Positions 40,401 through 55,400 are shown, numbered from the stretch's first letter. The stretch is DNA of 64,000 nt from Phoronis australis (GCA_002633005.1 NMRA01000629.1:1-64000); one strand, 5' to 3'. Made by a program: numbers and translations. Notes: generated from the sequence alone by a model not told the origin.

Positions 40401-43400
40401 AAAATATGATTTTATATCTAGAATTACACTTGGCTGTTGGACTTAATATTCAGTCCAACTGGTAAGTCTCGATACTGGCCGTTCGGACTAAATAACAGCA
40501 AGTGATAAGATAACAACTAAAACAATAGAAAGACGAACTCCATTCTTTTTATTATGAAGGGCGCGATTTGATAGAACTACTTACCCTTCTGACAAATAGC
40601 CCTTTGTACTACTTAGTTACATGTAGGCCTAGACCCTATCTAAAGCACGTTTAAGTGTGGTGTATAAGACGAAGGGGAATTTTCCCAACGTGATCAAACC
40701 AAAAGGTTCAAAAAACCTTTCAAGTCTTGATAGATTGGGCCAAACTTCATTGTTTTTTTTTTCATTTTTGCTAGCTCTCCGGCGGCTTTTATTTAGAAAA
40801 AGTGCTAACCTTCCGGGCATACAATGTAAGTACATGTACGCTGTATGTTGTTTCTTTCGAAGTCAACTACAAGTATGCCGTATGTAAATATATGTTGGGG
40901 AAGCACGCGTTCCGTCCCGGTGATTGCATTAATCCGTTTGCGAATTTAAGAACCTTCATATAATGTGCAGTGTAATTGTCATTTACAGCCGAGATGTACA
41001 AGTGTCCACTCCTTGGTCCAGAGTGCGGAATATGTCACAATCTTAGCGAATCTTACCAGTGTGCATGGTCGAGCAAGTGTGTTTATACGCCAAGTGGTGT
41101 CAAGTCACCGTGTCCCTTCATAGACGTGAGGATGGTATGTAAATAGTGCACACATGCTTGTATCAGTTGTAAAACACATAATGTCGCACTTGCATCTCTT
41201 AATTTACTGGCTACTGATACATGTACATTACACATTGTTGTGCTATAGAAATTAGTGGAAAGACATACCTTTCGCAGTTAAAGATTGCGTCCTAAAATAC
41301 CTGTTGCTAGTACTAGGCTAAGTCAGCGAGGTCGATCATTTGATCCACTTTAGCATACATGTGCATGCATGTTTGTTCATAAAGGTTTCAAGGTATTTGT
41401 TTTAAATTATTTCAATTGCGGTAACTGAAAGGAATGGAAGACAGAAAGGAAGAGACAAAAACGGAACGTGTGCAATCCTTGGTGGCCCTAGATCTCATAT
41501 TCGGCCTCATTTGCATTGTTTTAAGCCTATAGGGTGTTTAAGTGGTGACCCACTGCTTCGTGGTGTTTGATGAAAACTATTTGGTCATGGTCCTGGTTAC
41601 AGAACACATGTTCGAAAAAACAATTCTTGAATCTTTGACAAGCCTAGCATCCCGCGATTTATGCCATACGCGTTGAATAAGTCGATTGCAGTGTCTTTGC
41701 ACATCCGGACTATTTTAACAGTGCCCTCTGATATGGAAAGTTCAAAAGGCAAGTCAATGTCGACTCGACGTCGTTAAAGGGTTCGAAAATCAAACTTTCC
41801 TTAAATATTTTAAAGTATACTATTGCAGCAATACATACACTCAGCAAGTGTAACTAGCTCCCAAACGTAATGTCTAGTACAAAAAAATAATTAATATGAC
41901 ACCTCTATCTCGTGGGTTTTGTCCCGTGAACAGTCTGGGTGAAGTATTGATAAAAATCTGCCAAAAAACGGAAAGCTACTTTGGAATTCAAGTCTTAGAT
42001 GTTCATGTAGGAACTGAACAATTTTCCACGTATGGACCTCGACATTTGATCTCGGTTGTCTGGTTGGATATTATCTGTATTCTACGTCACTCTCTGTGCG
42101 TTTTGTAAATACAGTATAGTTGATTTGAAATGCGCTTCCGCAATTGTAAGCTATCACAATGAAGTGTCATGATCAATCTTCTCGTCACTAACTTCAGGTT
42201 CGTCCTCTCAACACAACAATAGAAGGCGGGACACTTGTGACATTGAGTGGAATGAATCTGGGCTACAGTGCCGCTAGTGTGAAGAAAGCAGTTACTCTTG
42301 CGGGTGTTCTTTGCGAGTCGATAGATGACGGTTACGTGGTGTCTCATAAGATCGTGTGCCGAGCTGGGCGTAGAGCACATGCAGCCGCTGGTGAAATCAT
42401 AGTAAAAGTGGATGGAGTTATTGGAAAATTTAGCAATATATTTTCTTACAAGGTAAGGAGGTAAATCTTTGAAGCCAGAGAGCATCATAATTGTACCTAA
42501 AGCGTACGCAATGTACATGATGTATATGGTCCAAAATTATTATAATAGTCTTCGTCAATTCCACAAGTTGTGTTTTAAATAATTATAGTTCTATGAAACT
42601 TATTAACCAAGAAGTGGTCATATTTCGTTCCAAGTAAGTGGAATCGCTAAGTTAAATTAAGAAAAATCATTTTGCACGTGTTTCACGTCAAAGGCATTTA
42701 TTGTCTCTTAATTGGTGAGCCTGTGTTCACTTCAGAATCCCACGATTACTGAGGTATTTCCCCAAATTGGTCCAAAATCTGGTGGAACAGAAATCACTAT
42801 CAAGGGGCAAAGTCTGGAAACGTGCAGTTGGTTCGGCTTACATATTTCATTATCGCACATACCATGTCATCTACTGTCGTAAGTATTTCGGTAAAGAACT
42901 GATTGTCATCGTTATTGGTACAGGGCAACAACCTGTTTACGTTTGTTATCATGTTGCCATTTGCATAATTGCTAGCATTCGAAACCGGTGAAAAGGCGAG
43001 ACATCTGGAATAAGACCATCGTCACAACTTAGGACAAATGACTGCCGCCTCCCACGAAACACTGCAGCGACGTTTTAAGTCGTGACTAAAATTACAGCAA
43101 GAAATTGGGGTTACTCGAGTAGATACGTATCACTGCTGCATGATAATACACAACTTTCGTCACGTGCGTCAAAACGGGAGGGAAATCTGGTACTACAGGG
43201 GGTGTGGGGTAAAGATTAGAGAAGTGGACGGTTCCCCAAATGTCAGACAATTTGTAACGATGCACTTGCTTCAGCGAAATGTAAATGTGAGTAATTTGAA
43301 TGTAAGTTTTCGTGTATAGGCCTCTTTGATATGGATAGTTAGCTTTATCTTTGAACTCGCCGTGGTTACATGGCAGTAGTCCCGCGAAGGTCACCAATGA

Positions 43401-46400
43401 GTGCATTAGTCCGTTTACATGTACATGATTTTAACGTTAGTCACTGAATAGACGCCAAAAACAATCATTTTCAAAATTGTTAATTGCACTGGCACTCGTG
43501 CGACATCAGAGAACGATAATAAAAAAAGCAATTGAAAGTGAACAATGTCATTGACGGTTGCCAATTATGGCTCGTTAAACCTGTAAAATCTTTAGTCACC
43601 AACGGTGACGCACTCAGACGCACTAATTCGAATTTTGCCGTTTGCCAAAGATCTAAAATCGAGGTATTTTTAATGCAGCCATGAACTTCATTTTTGAGAT
43701 GGTATCCGGCTGGATAAGTGAGTGACGGCAAATGTTGCATTTTATTGTTTTACAGCTCATTTTGGCCTTATAATAATCTTCCGAACTACTGCACCTCCGG
43801 ACTAGTTCTTCTAAGGACTATTGAGGCGCTCCAGTTCAGAAAGCTTCTAAGTAACGAACACACTATCATTTTCTCCAAATCTCGAGCGATCTGCAGAGAT
43901 ACGAAAACCCTATGTGATATTGGAGACCCCAGTTATAAGACATGCTGTTACTTCTGCCTCCTGCGAAAATGATACAAATTAAAGAAATAAATTGCAAGTC
44001 GTGTTGAAGTGATTGCCGCTTTTGGTGTCACACGTTTATCTACATCACACCATTTGCTCTTTTAGTCGCTCTGAAAAGGAGGTGGTTTGCTTGCTAGACG
44101 GAGTTGAAATTCCCAGAAGTTTTTCTCCATTTATGATGGGGTTTGAAAATCAGGCGAAAAGAATATCCCATGCGTCGTATTGGTTCACACCAGACCCAAC
44201 AATACGGAATATTGCTCCATTAGCGTCGATAGTCGGGTACGTTGCTTACGTATTATAGCATTACAAAAGCGGTTGACTTAACGTGATCAAAGTGGTCTCA
44301 AATTGATGTACATGTAAATTAGCCAGTTTGAGGTTATTTTTTAGTTTTCAGTTTAATTTGTCATTGCTTGAGACCAGGGTCTCAATCATCCCTTGATAAC
44401 ATCAATCCGATGTGCAGTAATTTGAGTTGATCAGTCTCACCGGAAATCGGAATATCTCGTCTGAAATTTTTGGCACCCTCGTCGATTGATCAGTCTTCGT
44501 AACTTTTTGAGAGTGATCAATGTTTAATAATCATTACTGTTCTTTGTTTCAGAATTTAGACTCGGTTAATACATAATAATTACGTTGTTTTTAAAGGATA
44601 CGTGTTGTTTGAGGTAATATTTCTTCCGTTTTAGCGGTGGTCGATCCATTACCGTAATTGGAACGCACTTCAAATCCATTCAGAGGCCGGTTATGTTTGT
44701 TCACAAAGACGATGGAACTCGCGTAGCAGAATCAGTAAGAGTATACAATCTTATCTGCAGCAGATGCTCTTTCTGATTTCTCATTTCTCATCTGACGACT
44801 AGAGAGAAAGACAAAAACAACCATGAACAGTGTACATGCATGGAGACCAGATGACACTTGTACGACTGAAGAAAGAATAAGAACGACGTCGAATTTAGAC
44901 GAAACGCTAAATTCTATATTTCGCTATAGTGTATTCTGATTGTTTTAGCTACAAATTCGGATATTAATATTTTTTAAACAAATTGTGCAGATTAGTAACA
45001 ACTCAGTTAAGTAACACAAGCAGCATGCTAGTAAAGGTGTAGGCACAGTAGGGGTTGAACCCTAATCACTTTGTATATATGTATGGGGCAAGGGGGTGTA
45101 GTGCAACATGGAATGGCGATGGCAAAATGTCCATGCGATCAGCATATATGAATACAAGCCAAGAAGTTAATGGTGCAGTGATCTCACGCATTTTTTTAAC
45201 CCAACCTTTGATTTTGTCCTGTTACAGTTACAAAATGGATCTTATTGTGTTCCTGTTTTATTGTTTAAAACTGTGTTTATGGCTAATGGAAAAATTGCTG
45301 ATATTTTACTGGTTCACATCATGCTCGTTAATTTAGCTTGTCAAGGTGGGTTAGTTTCCTCTGCCGAAGCCCTGTGCCAGACATATAACACACAGACACA
45401 CTTTAAGGGAGAAAGCAACCTTTTTCATGTCATTTTAGTAAAAACACGATTCTTTGACTAGACCAAGTATTTTTTGCAGTAAATTATGGCTCCCGTTAGA
45501 GCCTGAAATTTCCAACAGCCCGGATAGTTCTGCTCGCCCCCTATTCAAGTAATTCATATCAGCATGTAGAGTTAAGGACTGGCGGGGGCGTTTGTACATG
45601 TACATTGTGGGAGTCAACTGACACTCACGTGGTCTGTTGCAGCCGTTTAAGTTAAAAACAATCTAATGAACGTCATGTTCTTTCATAATATCCCGCCTTT
45701 TGGGAGATGATGACAGCTTTGCAGTACCAGAGTTTACTCTGACATTCAGTTTGTTGGTATTAAAATACTAAAAATTTGTAACGAAATTAAACCTGTTCCG
45801 ATAAATTGTTGTCACCTGTAAGCCACCTCGTGAAAATGAAGAAGAGTTGATTCAAATACGGGGAAAAAAGGAAGCGGTTCAATAGGTGGGACAATATTTC
45901 ATGGCGCCAAAGCCGACATAAAATATAGCACAACAACATAAGCAGCAGAATTAATAGGTAGAGTTACAATTTTTCTAACTTCGTTAAATTAATCAGTTTA
46001 CTCCAGGAAGGAATAAAATGTAGTTTTTAGTGAAACTACATGTACTGTATGTTTGTGTCGTCAGTTTTGTTAAAACCATATCGGTGCAAAACTTTACATG
46101 TATCTTTGGCATAAAGCTTTGCACCAAGGCTACGGTCATCCGTGCCTCCGAACTTGCCTTCAGAGCGTGCAGTTAAAGAAACTAAGCAGTGATTTGCCCA
46201 GTGCTGGTGATGCCTCCAGCCCAGTGTCTGTTTGTAGCCCTTGAGTAGTGGTAGTGACTAAATGCCAAGGGAGGGAAATAGTTCGTCGTCCATTGATCAG
46301 GACGTTCAGGTAAACATTCATGAGATTAGTGTGTACTGAAGTACATGCGTTGGAGCAATTTAAAAGGTGCCGGGTGTGTGGCAAAGGAGTCCCATGGTGG

Positions 46401-49400
46401 GGTGTAAGCTGTTTGGGTGCTCAGATCACCTTCTACTGGGAGTACGTTGCGGGACATTCGGGCAAATGGGAGAGTTATTTTTCCGTCTGTGGGATTCCCG
46501 TGATCCACTTTAACATGTCCAGTGACGTTCACGTCGCTGGCAACACCTTTTCGTCGGCGAAGACACTGATGTGCTTCCGTAAAGTCAACTTCCTTAAAAA
46601 CGACAGTAGAACAGTTCCTCATAGTAAACTCGAACGCAGAAACAAGATGGTGGAAACTCTAAACCACCTAAACGCACTTTTAGTTGGCAAGACTAACCAA
46701 TCAAAGTACAGGAAGCTGTAATTTACTGAAAGATGTGTATGGGGTAATTGACAAACCGTACTTTTACTAAAACGACATGAAAAAGACTGCTTTCTCTTTT
46801 AAAACTCACGCGGGTAGAAAGTTTGTTCTTATTATTTCATGTCAAACTGTACTTTTATCGAATGTTTAACTTAAGTGAACAAATCACTTCTCTTCTTAAA
46901 GACACCTTGTATTGTTCGCAACGACTCTTTGATGTGGTGCTCTTCGCCGACACTACATTCCGCAAGGTCACCAACTGATGTCTCCGTTGGATTTATCATG
47001 GATAACGTAACAACAGTACGGCGTCTAAGTGAAAACTTTGCAAACGTGTCTAGTGTCATGACATACGTATCAAATCCAGAGTACTTCAATTTCACCGAGG
47101 TCGATTTGACAAAAACAATCAGCAGCGGCACCAAAGAACTGCTGTTAATGGTAAGCCAGTCAGTCAAGTCTTACAGTATAGCATATTGAAGTATTGGGTT
47201 TATCTGGATTCATGTTGGTAAACTACCAAATATTAAACATGTACGTTTGCTGGTGCTATTTAGGGAATTCGCCATCTTGGCCTTACATGTACCATTTAAC
47301 CACTTGGAAGACAAAACCTGAGACTTCAATTTCTCGTCGTTTAACCTTAGCTGCCAATGTTGAATGAATTATGATTCATGTACATTGATCACGCTATCAA
47401 CCCAAGATCACTGACATTAGGTCATTGAAATACGACACGATTCTTGGGGATGCGCAATTGGGTTTGCTATCTAACCACATCAAGGCGTTTTACAGAATTT
47501 TTACAAAAGCATCTGTCTCTGCTAGAGATCATGTGGTAAACTCATTCTCATATTTTGAACTTGACCACAACGCCGAAGTTTTCCACTTTTGTATGTGCTT
47601 ATCTTTTTTCGCTGAATGTACTCGGATCATCCCTTTCCACGAATGTAAACTACTTTTTATTTTGGCTAATGATTGAAAGTCGCAGAGAGAGCGGTTCTCA
47701 GGACGTGGTAGTCCTGTCAAGTACAGCAGCAACTGTGTGTGTTAGGTTCTATTTTATTTTTCCAATTGTATAGGGTTCCAACCTAAACTTGGCCTGTGCA
47801 GAAGAAGAAGTTATTGTTCTTATTGGCAAAGTACCATGCAACGTAACAGGTCTGGCAAGGACGCGACTTCTATGCAAACTTCCTGATCGTCAACCATATG
47901 GACTGGATGAGCGTGGCAGATGGAGCAAGGATATTCTACCTCAAGTTTCGGTAGGAACACTCGTTCACTCAGCCCAACTTTCCACATTCTTTGGTGTGAC
48001 CTGTTACGCCGTGCATGTACTTGCTACCTATTGAAACAACTTAAGTACGATCGACAGTCTACCAGCATTGCAGCGTGGGGTGGACACACGGAGACGATGT
48101 ACAGCACTTTCTTCGTTTTTACATGCAGTGTGTAGATACATGTACAAACCTTATCTTCAGAAAACTTAATTTTTGATTGAGTTAATTTACAATTTTAAAA
48201 TACTTCTGGTCTTAGAAAGATCTGGTGCTATTCATTAATTTTTGAGATTGCGCTCAAACATTGACTGTCTCAAAAGGTCATTTTATACTCCGAACACAGT
48301 ATCAAGTAATGAAATGCAGTTATCTCTTCCAAGCCCGCATTTCACTGCTCATTTTATCTGAGACTCAAAACAAACAACCACTTGTTTTCCAAATAATACT
48401 TGTGAGTCGCAGTCTGTGCGCTTTTAAATATGAGTGATATTGCGCTGCGCTTCGGGCGTTAACTTACCTCTGAATTTACGACGACGCACAGCACGGCTGC
48501 AGTTATTAATCTTTGGTCTTTTTACTTTGTTAGGTCACGGTCGGCAATCTGAACTTTCATATTGGGAAACTCCAATATTACGCTACTTCAACAGACGTCG
48601 GCCTGATAGTTGGTACAGTGATTGCTGTCGCTGCTCTGTTGGCCATCATTGCTGGTGTGGTGTTCATCTTCCGTCGCAAACTCGTGAAGACTCAAAGAGC
48701 AAACAGAAAAATGCAACTGGAATTGGTTAGCACTAAGTTAAAGCAGGGTATGTTTTCCAGTGAAGCAGTGTTTGTCTTTGAGATATTAGAGAGCAGTTAA
48801 ACTTGGTAATGTTGCTTGATTGCTCGAAGGTTAAACGCAAATATATGTGTTCCAAGATACGTTCATGTATCTTTAATTTGGTGTCTGTAGTGTAGGGTTA
48901 TCAGAATTTGACTCCGGAATTTCACTCATCTGGTCGCCTGTGTCGCGGCATTTGCTGGATTCCATCACTAGACCTAGCGGAAGTCCCCGACATCTCATTT
49001 GTGTCACGTGAATTTTTTCAAGGGGCGGAGCTTGCGGTAGGTCAATTTGAGCGCGTTCTTGATAAGGCAGGTATGAATTGACTGGTCAGGAAAGCAAATA
49101 CACTGATTTCATGAAATAAACAGAGCGATTGTGAACAAAATGTATTGAATTTAGGAAAAAAATAATTTAAACTTTGAAAGTCACTTCAAATTTTAGGGGA
49201 ATTTCAGGTGAAAATTTGTCTGACTGCTGATCCCTGTTGCAACATTTTGGCGACTTCAGATTTTCCTAGGTCGCCAAACACAATCTGAAGTCGCATCGGC
49301 CAGCTGCAGGTCGCCAAACCGAGCACTCTGAACTGTTCCTGCTACCTTAGGTCCCTTTGAGAAGTTTTAGAACCCACTGACTAAGGACTCCACACCGAAG

Positions 49401-52400
49401 AACATATTTCTCTGGGAAGTCATGTCTCAATGTACATGAAACTTCCTCATCCCTCCCCTTAAACCTCAGACAATCTCCATCTACCTGGCTTAATGCCTTT
49501 CAGTTGTCTGGTACACTTTGGTTCGATCGGGTTTTAAATGTGTGACAACCCCTCGAAAGATTATAAAAACACCAATTAGTTGACAATTGACATCATTTCC
49601 TCAGGTGGCAGAGCGCTAACTGAAGAGAACCCAGCTCCTTCCCGCACTCCCTTAGACGAACAGACGTGGCTTCTTGTGAAAGAATCCAACATACTCGTTG
49701 AAAGTAGCGATATTGATGTGGACGAGACTTGTGTACTTGGACAAGGTCAGTGTTGATGTCTGTTTCAAGCGTGCCACGCTCTTTTGTGTAGTCCTCCTTT
49801 TTTAGTTTGCTCTTACTCTACATTAGTCATTTATCTTTGTCTCAGTATTATCTAAATCTGTATAGTGCTTTCTGTTTAGCTACTTGCATCGTTATATACA
49901 TGTAGGTGGCGTTATGCCATTGGCAGAGCATGAAAAAACGTCACGCTGCCCCGTTTCCGATTATCTAAATCACTATCTTAGACCTTCGTTCATACACATG
50001 AAATCGTGAATGCTCAAAGCAATTTACCGGAATCATTTATCCCATTGAGAATTTTGTATTAAGCCTAATTTTCAGATATGATTAAAAAAGTTTGAACCAC
50101 TTAGCGTTAGGTCTTGCCGTCATATTGATGACCGAATGTTTGGTTGTGAACTTGCATAATAATTTTCCAGTTCTTTGTTGTTGTTACTTGTTGTTGGTAT
50201 TGATGTTGTTGTCATTGATGTTGTTGTTATTGATGCTGTTGCTGCTGTTGCTACGTGGTTTTGTGCGAAGTGGTGTCTCGGTTTTGCAGCAGTTATGCTA
50301 GAACGTTTATGATATTTTTTCGTGTCATGCAGGGAACTTTGGGTGCGTGTTCAAAGGTATCCTCCGTCGAGAAGCAGAATCGATAGAGGTCGCTGTCAAA
50401 GCGCAACGTGACAGTAAGTAGCCAGTTAAACCATGTAAAATAACACAAAGTAAAACAAAAAAGAATGGGATAAAAAGACATGATTTCTTAAGATGAATGT
50501 TGCTGTCAATAAACATTAAAGCCGTTGGGTGGTGCCATCTCTAACGATAGTTCCTTTTTACAGCTTACATTTCCTGTGGAGACAGTGTTAGTAAAATCCT
50601 GAACGAGGCTTTGATCATGAGAGAATTTCACCATGAAAATGTTCTGGGGCTTCTTGGAATAAGAATGGAAAGCAGAAACGACTCCCCTCTTGTTATCCTT
50701 CCGTTCATGCGTCATGGTGACCTGCTCAGCTACATTAAAGATCCTAAAAAGGTTGGTCACTTCTGGTGTTTTTAAGGTTGAAGAATTGTTGTGTTTTCAT
50801 TTGTTTTGCATTGACCAGGACTTTATACATGTACATGTGTGTACATGTACATTTTGCATATAAAAACCATTTTAACGTGCTTCTTTAGACGTTGTTGTTT
50901 TTCAGCACTTAGGTCTGTGTGCAATATTTCATATTTTAATTTGTCGATAGATAAAAACCACAATTATAGCGAACATTATTGAACTGCATATTTACCTATG
51001 GAAATAGATTAAAAATCAGATCTCATCTTTTTATATCTCAATCTTCCGAGTGCCAATATTAAAAGTAGAAGGAAATTTTACTGTTCACAAACACGTAGAG
51101 GTAACACTAATTATTAAATACGTTTGTGTAAATCTGTGAGCAGTGGCTATAGTCTCGATCAGTACACAATGAATTTTGTTCACCTCATAAACTTCACTGT
51201 TTTCCTACATGTAGGCCCTCTCAGTGTTTGATTTGGTGAAGTTCGGTGTGGATATAGCCAAAGGCATGGAGTATCTCTCTGATCTCAAATTCGTGCACCG
51301 AGATTTGGCTGCAAGGAATTGTATGTATGTACGGTGCTTTGATATAACACGGTATACATGTATAAAGCTCGAACTTGTTGATTTTCTACAGAGTCTGTTC
51401 TGTCAAACTTTCAAATTCGTCCAAACTCAAATATACGTCGTAGCATTATACAAAGCCTCGGGAGTACATGTATGTCGACGAGTATTCATCACGAAATCGA
51501 AACCTATTGATTTCTTGCGAAATCAGTGAACGACAAGTTCTGATATTTTCAACAAACTATAAGGGTACACGTGTACTTGGTTGCGCTCGTCATAGTTAAA
51601 GCTACATTTCGTGTTGCTGGCTAGAATACAAAATTGTAATTAAACATGTTTCACTCAATTAATTTCATGATGTTGCTGAGCGTGATAACTTTCTATTTTC
51701 GTTACCCCTAAGAAAATCGAAGTTATCAAGAAAGTGCTTTAGGTTTCAAGTTGGGAAAACCTAAATTCGTAACAGGTTATGTGCAAGTAAACATTCCTTG
51801 TTGACTGAGTTAGAACTGGAAATAGAGTCCTAACACCGTATGGAAAATCACGAGATCGATCATATTCGAATAAAACGCCTAACTTGTTTTGCGTTCTTAG
51901 AAATCCAAATAATGCAGCTTTCTTCACAGCGAGCATGACGTCTGTTCTAATTCCACTGAGGCTGTTGGCATATGTGCCAATCAAGATTGAATTCAGTTCG
52001 TGTTGTTCAAGCAAATGTTGAGGTAATAGCCAGGCGCTCGGTTGACCAACGGATTGTCCTAAAACCTCCTAGACACCCTCGAATCACAACCCCCTCTACA
52101 AACGACCCCTTTGAGCCACGACAGAGTACATTTTACACAAGCTAGACTTGTTCTGAAAGACTAGGCGCTGACTTGCAGGGCCAACGAGTATGGTCTAGAG
52201 CTTGGCTGACTTTCCTTGTTATTTTTTGCAATTAAGATAGTCGATTCGGCAAGTTTGAACGGAAAAAATAAACACTACCAAACCAAGTCTCAAGTCTTAT
52301 GGGAAAGTCACTCAGCAAAAGTAATAAGGTTCTGAAATATGTAAAAAGTGCAAAGGTACCTCTTTTTGCCTTTGGTCGTGAGTCGAGGGGGCTGTGTATT

Positions 52401-55400
52401 GTGGGTTGTGGTTCATGAGTTGTGGGTCATGGGTCGAGAGGTTCGTTTATCGAGGGGGTTGTGGGCTGTGGGGATCATCAGTTTAAGTTAAACTCGTTAA
52501 ACCAGTCTTTGGTTGAAGAATCATTATACTTTTAACATGGTTTTCCATCCGTTAATTTCATGAGTAAGTACAAGTTCTTTGGACAGTCTCTGATTCTCAC
52601 CAAACGGCTAAAGTGCGGGGCCTGCCTTGTGCACCTGGTTTCTAAGTCAGTACATGTATACATGTACTTCGTTAACCATGTTCCAATTTTTTCATATTCG
52701 TCGATATCACGTAATAATGTTTCCCCATCTTTTGTCTCAATTGGTGTTGTTCTTTTGTCAACGTGTCTACCTCATACGTTCAGGCTCGGGGACGACAATG
52801 TAGTGAAGGTGGCTGACTTCGGTCTCAGTCGTGACGTATACGAACGAGACTACTACAGTAGTGAAGACAGAAAAGCGAAACTTCCGGTCAAGTGGATGGC
52901 TCTGGAAAGTCTAACGGAAGCAGTATATACCACGAAATCGGACGTGGTGAGTTAACGTGACCTTACAGCTCTCCGCATTGGCGTGGTGTTAAGTTTGTTT
53001 TCAATTAACGAAAAATGTGCCCTCTCTCGAACTCATTGCAACCTTTCGGCGAAACTTAAAAATGTTTTTCCGCATGAAACCTGTTGCGAAATGAGTTACG
53101 GTCAATTGAGGCTCTATGGCATGAGACAGCGGCGATTCCACGATTTACCAACGATTGATTAGGAACTCACAGTGGCGGCGCTGTCGTTTCGTGATTTTCT
53201 TTTGACCGTTTGTCGAGAGGGAGATGAACCGCTGGTGTCTGATAGCGTGAAACAGTCCCAGCTAGGCACATAACTATTTTCCCAAATGTAGTGTGTGTTT
53301 GTGTCGTTCTTTACAAAAATATACAATATTTTTCTATCACATCATCTTTATTAACTCGCCTTTGGTAAAAGGTATTTTCTAATAACATAACTTAAACAAT
53401 GAAACTTAATAGCTACTTAGTCCTTAAGTGAAGGACATTACATGAAAAGATACCCACATATGTTCAATCATATTGGTAATTCAACCTTGAGTTCACTCTC
53501 AATTTGTATCAATGCTAAATATCGGCTTAGTAACGAATTAAAACAGCATGCAGATTTTTATAGGTCCGTAGATACGCACGAATCAGGGGACATAATTGAA
53601 CCCTTACATGCGTGTTGGACTATTTCATGCAACCGGGAATTAAATGGAACAAAACATTTTTAAAATACTGTTTGACTCGTATATTGCTTTTTACTAAAAT
53701 TTCATAAAACATACCCCGGGTTTTGAAGTGGTCATCGAGACCAACACTTGTTTCAGATCATTGAGCAGAGCCCTATGTCACAGGTGGAGAAAACATTTAC
53801 GGCTGTCTCTTGAGCACCACAAAGAAACCTTAAACCCTTTAAACCAACTCTTGCATTATGTTAGCGACAACTGTGATATGTTATTTTAAATATTTCTTCT
53901 TCAGTCTGTGTACCTGTAATCAGGAAATCAGCCCAAAATTAAAATATATTGATGTGTGACATCGTGTTCTTCTTCACCTACCTTGAGCCAGAATGGTCCA
54001 AAAAATAATTGAATGGTGCCTTAGACGAATATTATGAAAAGTTACATGTTATGCAGTAATAGCAATGCAACAGACAATAGTTCAATTTTTGCGTTTCTAA
54101 AAGACCGTAAGATCGCCCAGAAATGACACAGGTCCTTGTGTCGGACACTGGTACATGTATGTCAATACACGGTGGAGCAAGCGATTACTTCAGGAGCCAC
54201 GCTCTACTCAGCCCATTTTGCACAATCGTGCTTCGTCCTTTGAAGAAATGGAGATTTTACGTACTATAGCTTTCTCCAGCGTGAACTTGAAATTTGACTG
54301 CACGAAAAGAGTGTATTAAGTTTTACCATTCATGGTATCGTACACACTGAGTATGAGCCTCAGCATTAAAGTAAGACTGAGATAATGAATGTGACTGCAG
54401 TAAGCTCTCATCAGTGTATACACTGTACGGGGTCAAGCTTTTTGTGGCAATACATGTTATCCATGTAATACATGTACGTTAATGCTCAATGGTAGAGCGT
54501 AGGATGTAGATGCCAGGCAAATAGTTTCAGGTCACGACCGCAGCCGGCACAGAGACTGAAGTCGAATCACATGCAGGGCAGAGCTGTTACAATTTCGGAA
54601 CACACAAGACAGAAACGAGTATCATTTACCGGAAATTGAAACCAGTTAGCATCACAACAATTTGATATGATCGTTCTTGACAAAAAATGGTATTCAAATC
54701 AAAAAAATCAATGGCTGCTATTCTCGCAACTGGGATTTGACAGTCAGGGTAAAAATTTCGGTTGGATTTACAGATCGCGACAAATATTACTCGTCACAAA
54801 AGTCGTAGGAAAATTAAATAGTGATTGAATAAAAGGATATATTGCCAACTCAAAACTGTCAACTTTGAAAGCAGAACTGTCTGCAAACTGAGTAGGCTCC
54901 GACTCGGCTTCACTCCCCGAAGACGCCAGTTCGTTTTGGTACCGCCTCAAAAACGCAAATTCCGCCGATACGGCGAAGTTTGACTCAAAATTTGCTTCAA
55001 CTATTGCCTGAGTGTCGTTTCCCTCCACCTCCGTGCTCTAAGTCATCTAACTTACGTTTGCCGCTATCGCATATCTACTGTCAACTGGTCAACGTCTTCC
55101 ACTGTACATGCATTTGTAATGTGTCGAAAACCAACAAATCAGTTTTTTTTTCTTTTAAATTCAAAATTCCTCAATTCTTTCTGGAAATAAGTGTTTGTTT
55201 AGATGGATTTTATGTTAAGAATACCTGGTGTAAAACCTCAAAAAATTGCAAATATCTATAGTAGGAAAGTTTTAAAACGCAAACTGCGCCTTTTCGTTTA
55301 GGTAAATGCTCTTCTGTGTGCCTTCAGTTCCACCATCAGAGGTGTTGGGTTGTAATGTTGCTCGATTGACTGTATACGTGATGGTGGTCGACTCGATAAA

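Noticed and set aside
3518-48747. Stand-alone plexin gene with a separate downstream kinase gene
   Set aside because: No plexin GAP/RBD exons are seen, and the TM exon splices in phase to the kinase exons 0.86 kb downstream.
50092-50301. Poly-Leu ORF resembling a TM or signal peptide
   Set aside because: It is a (TTG/CTG)n microsatellite within intron 20.
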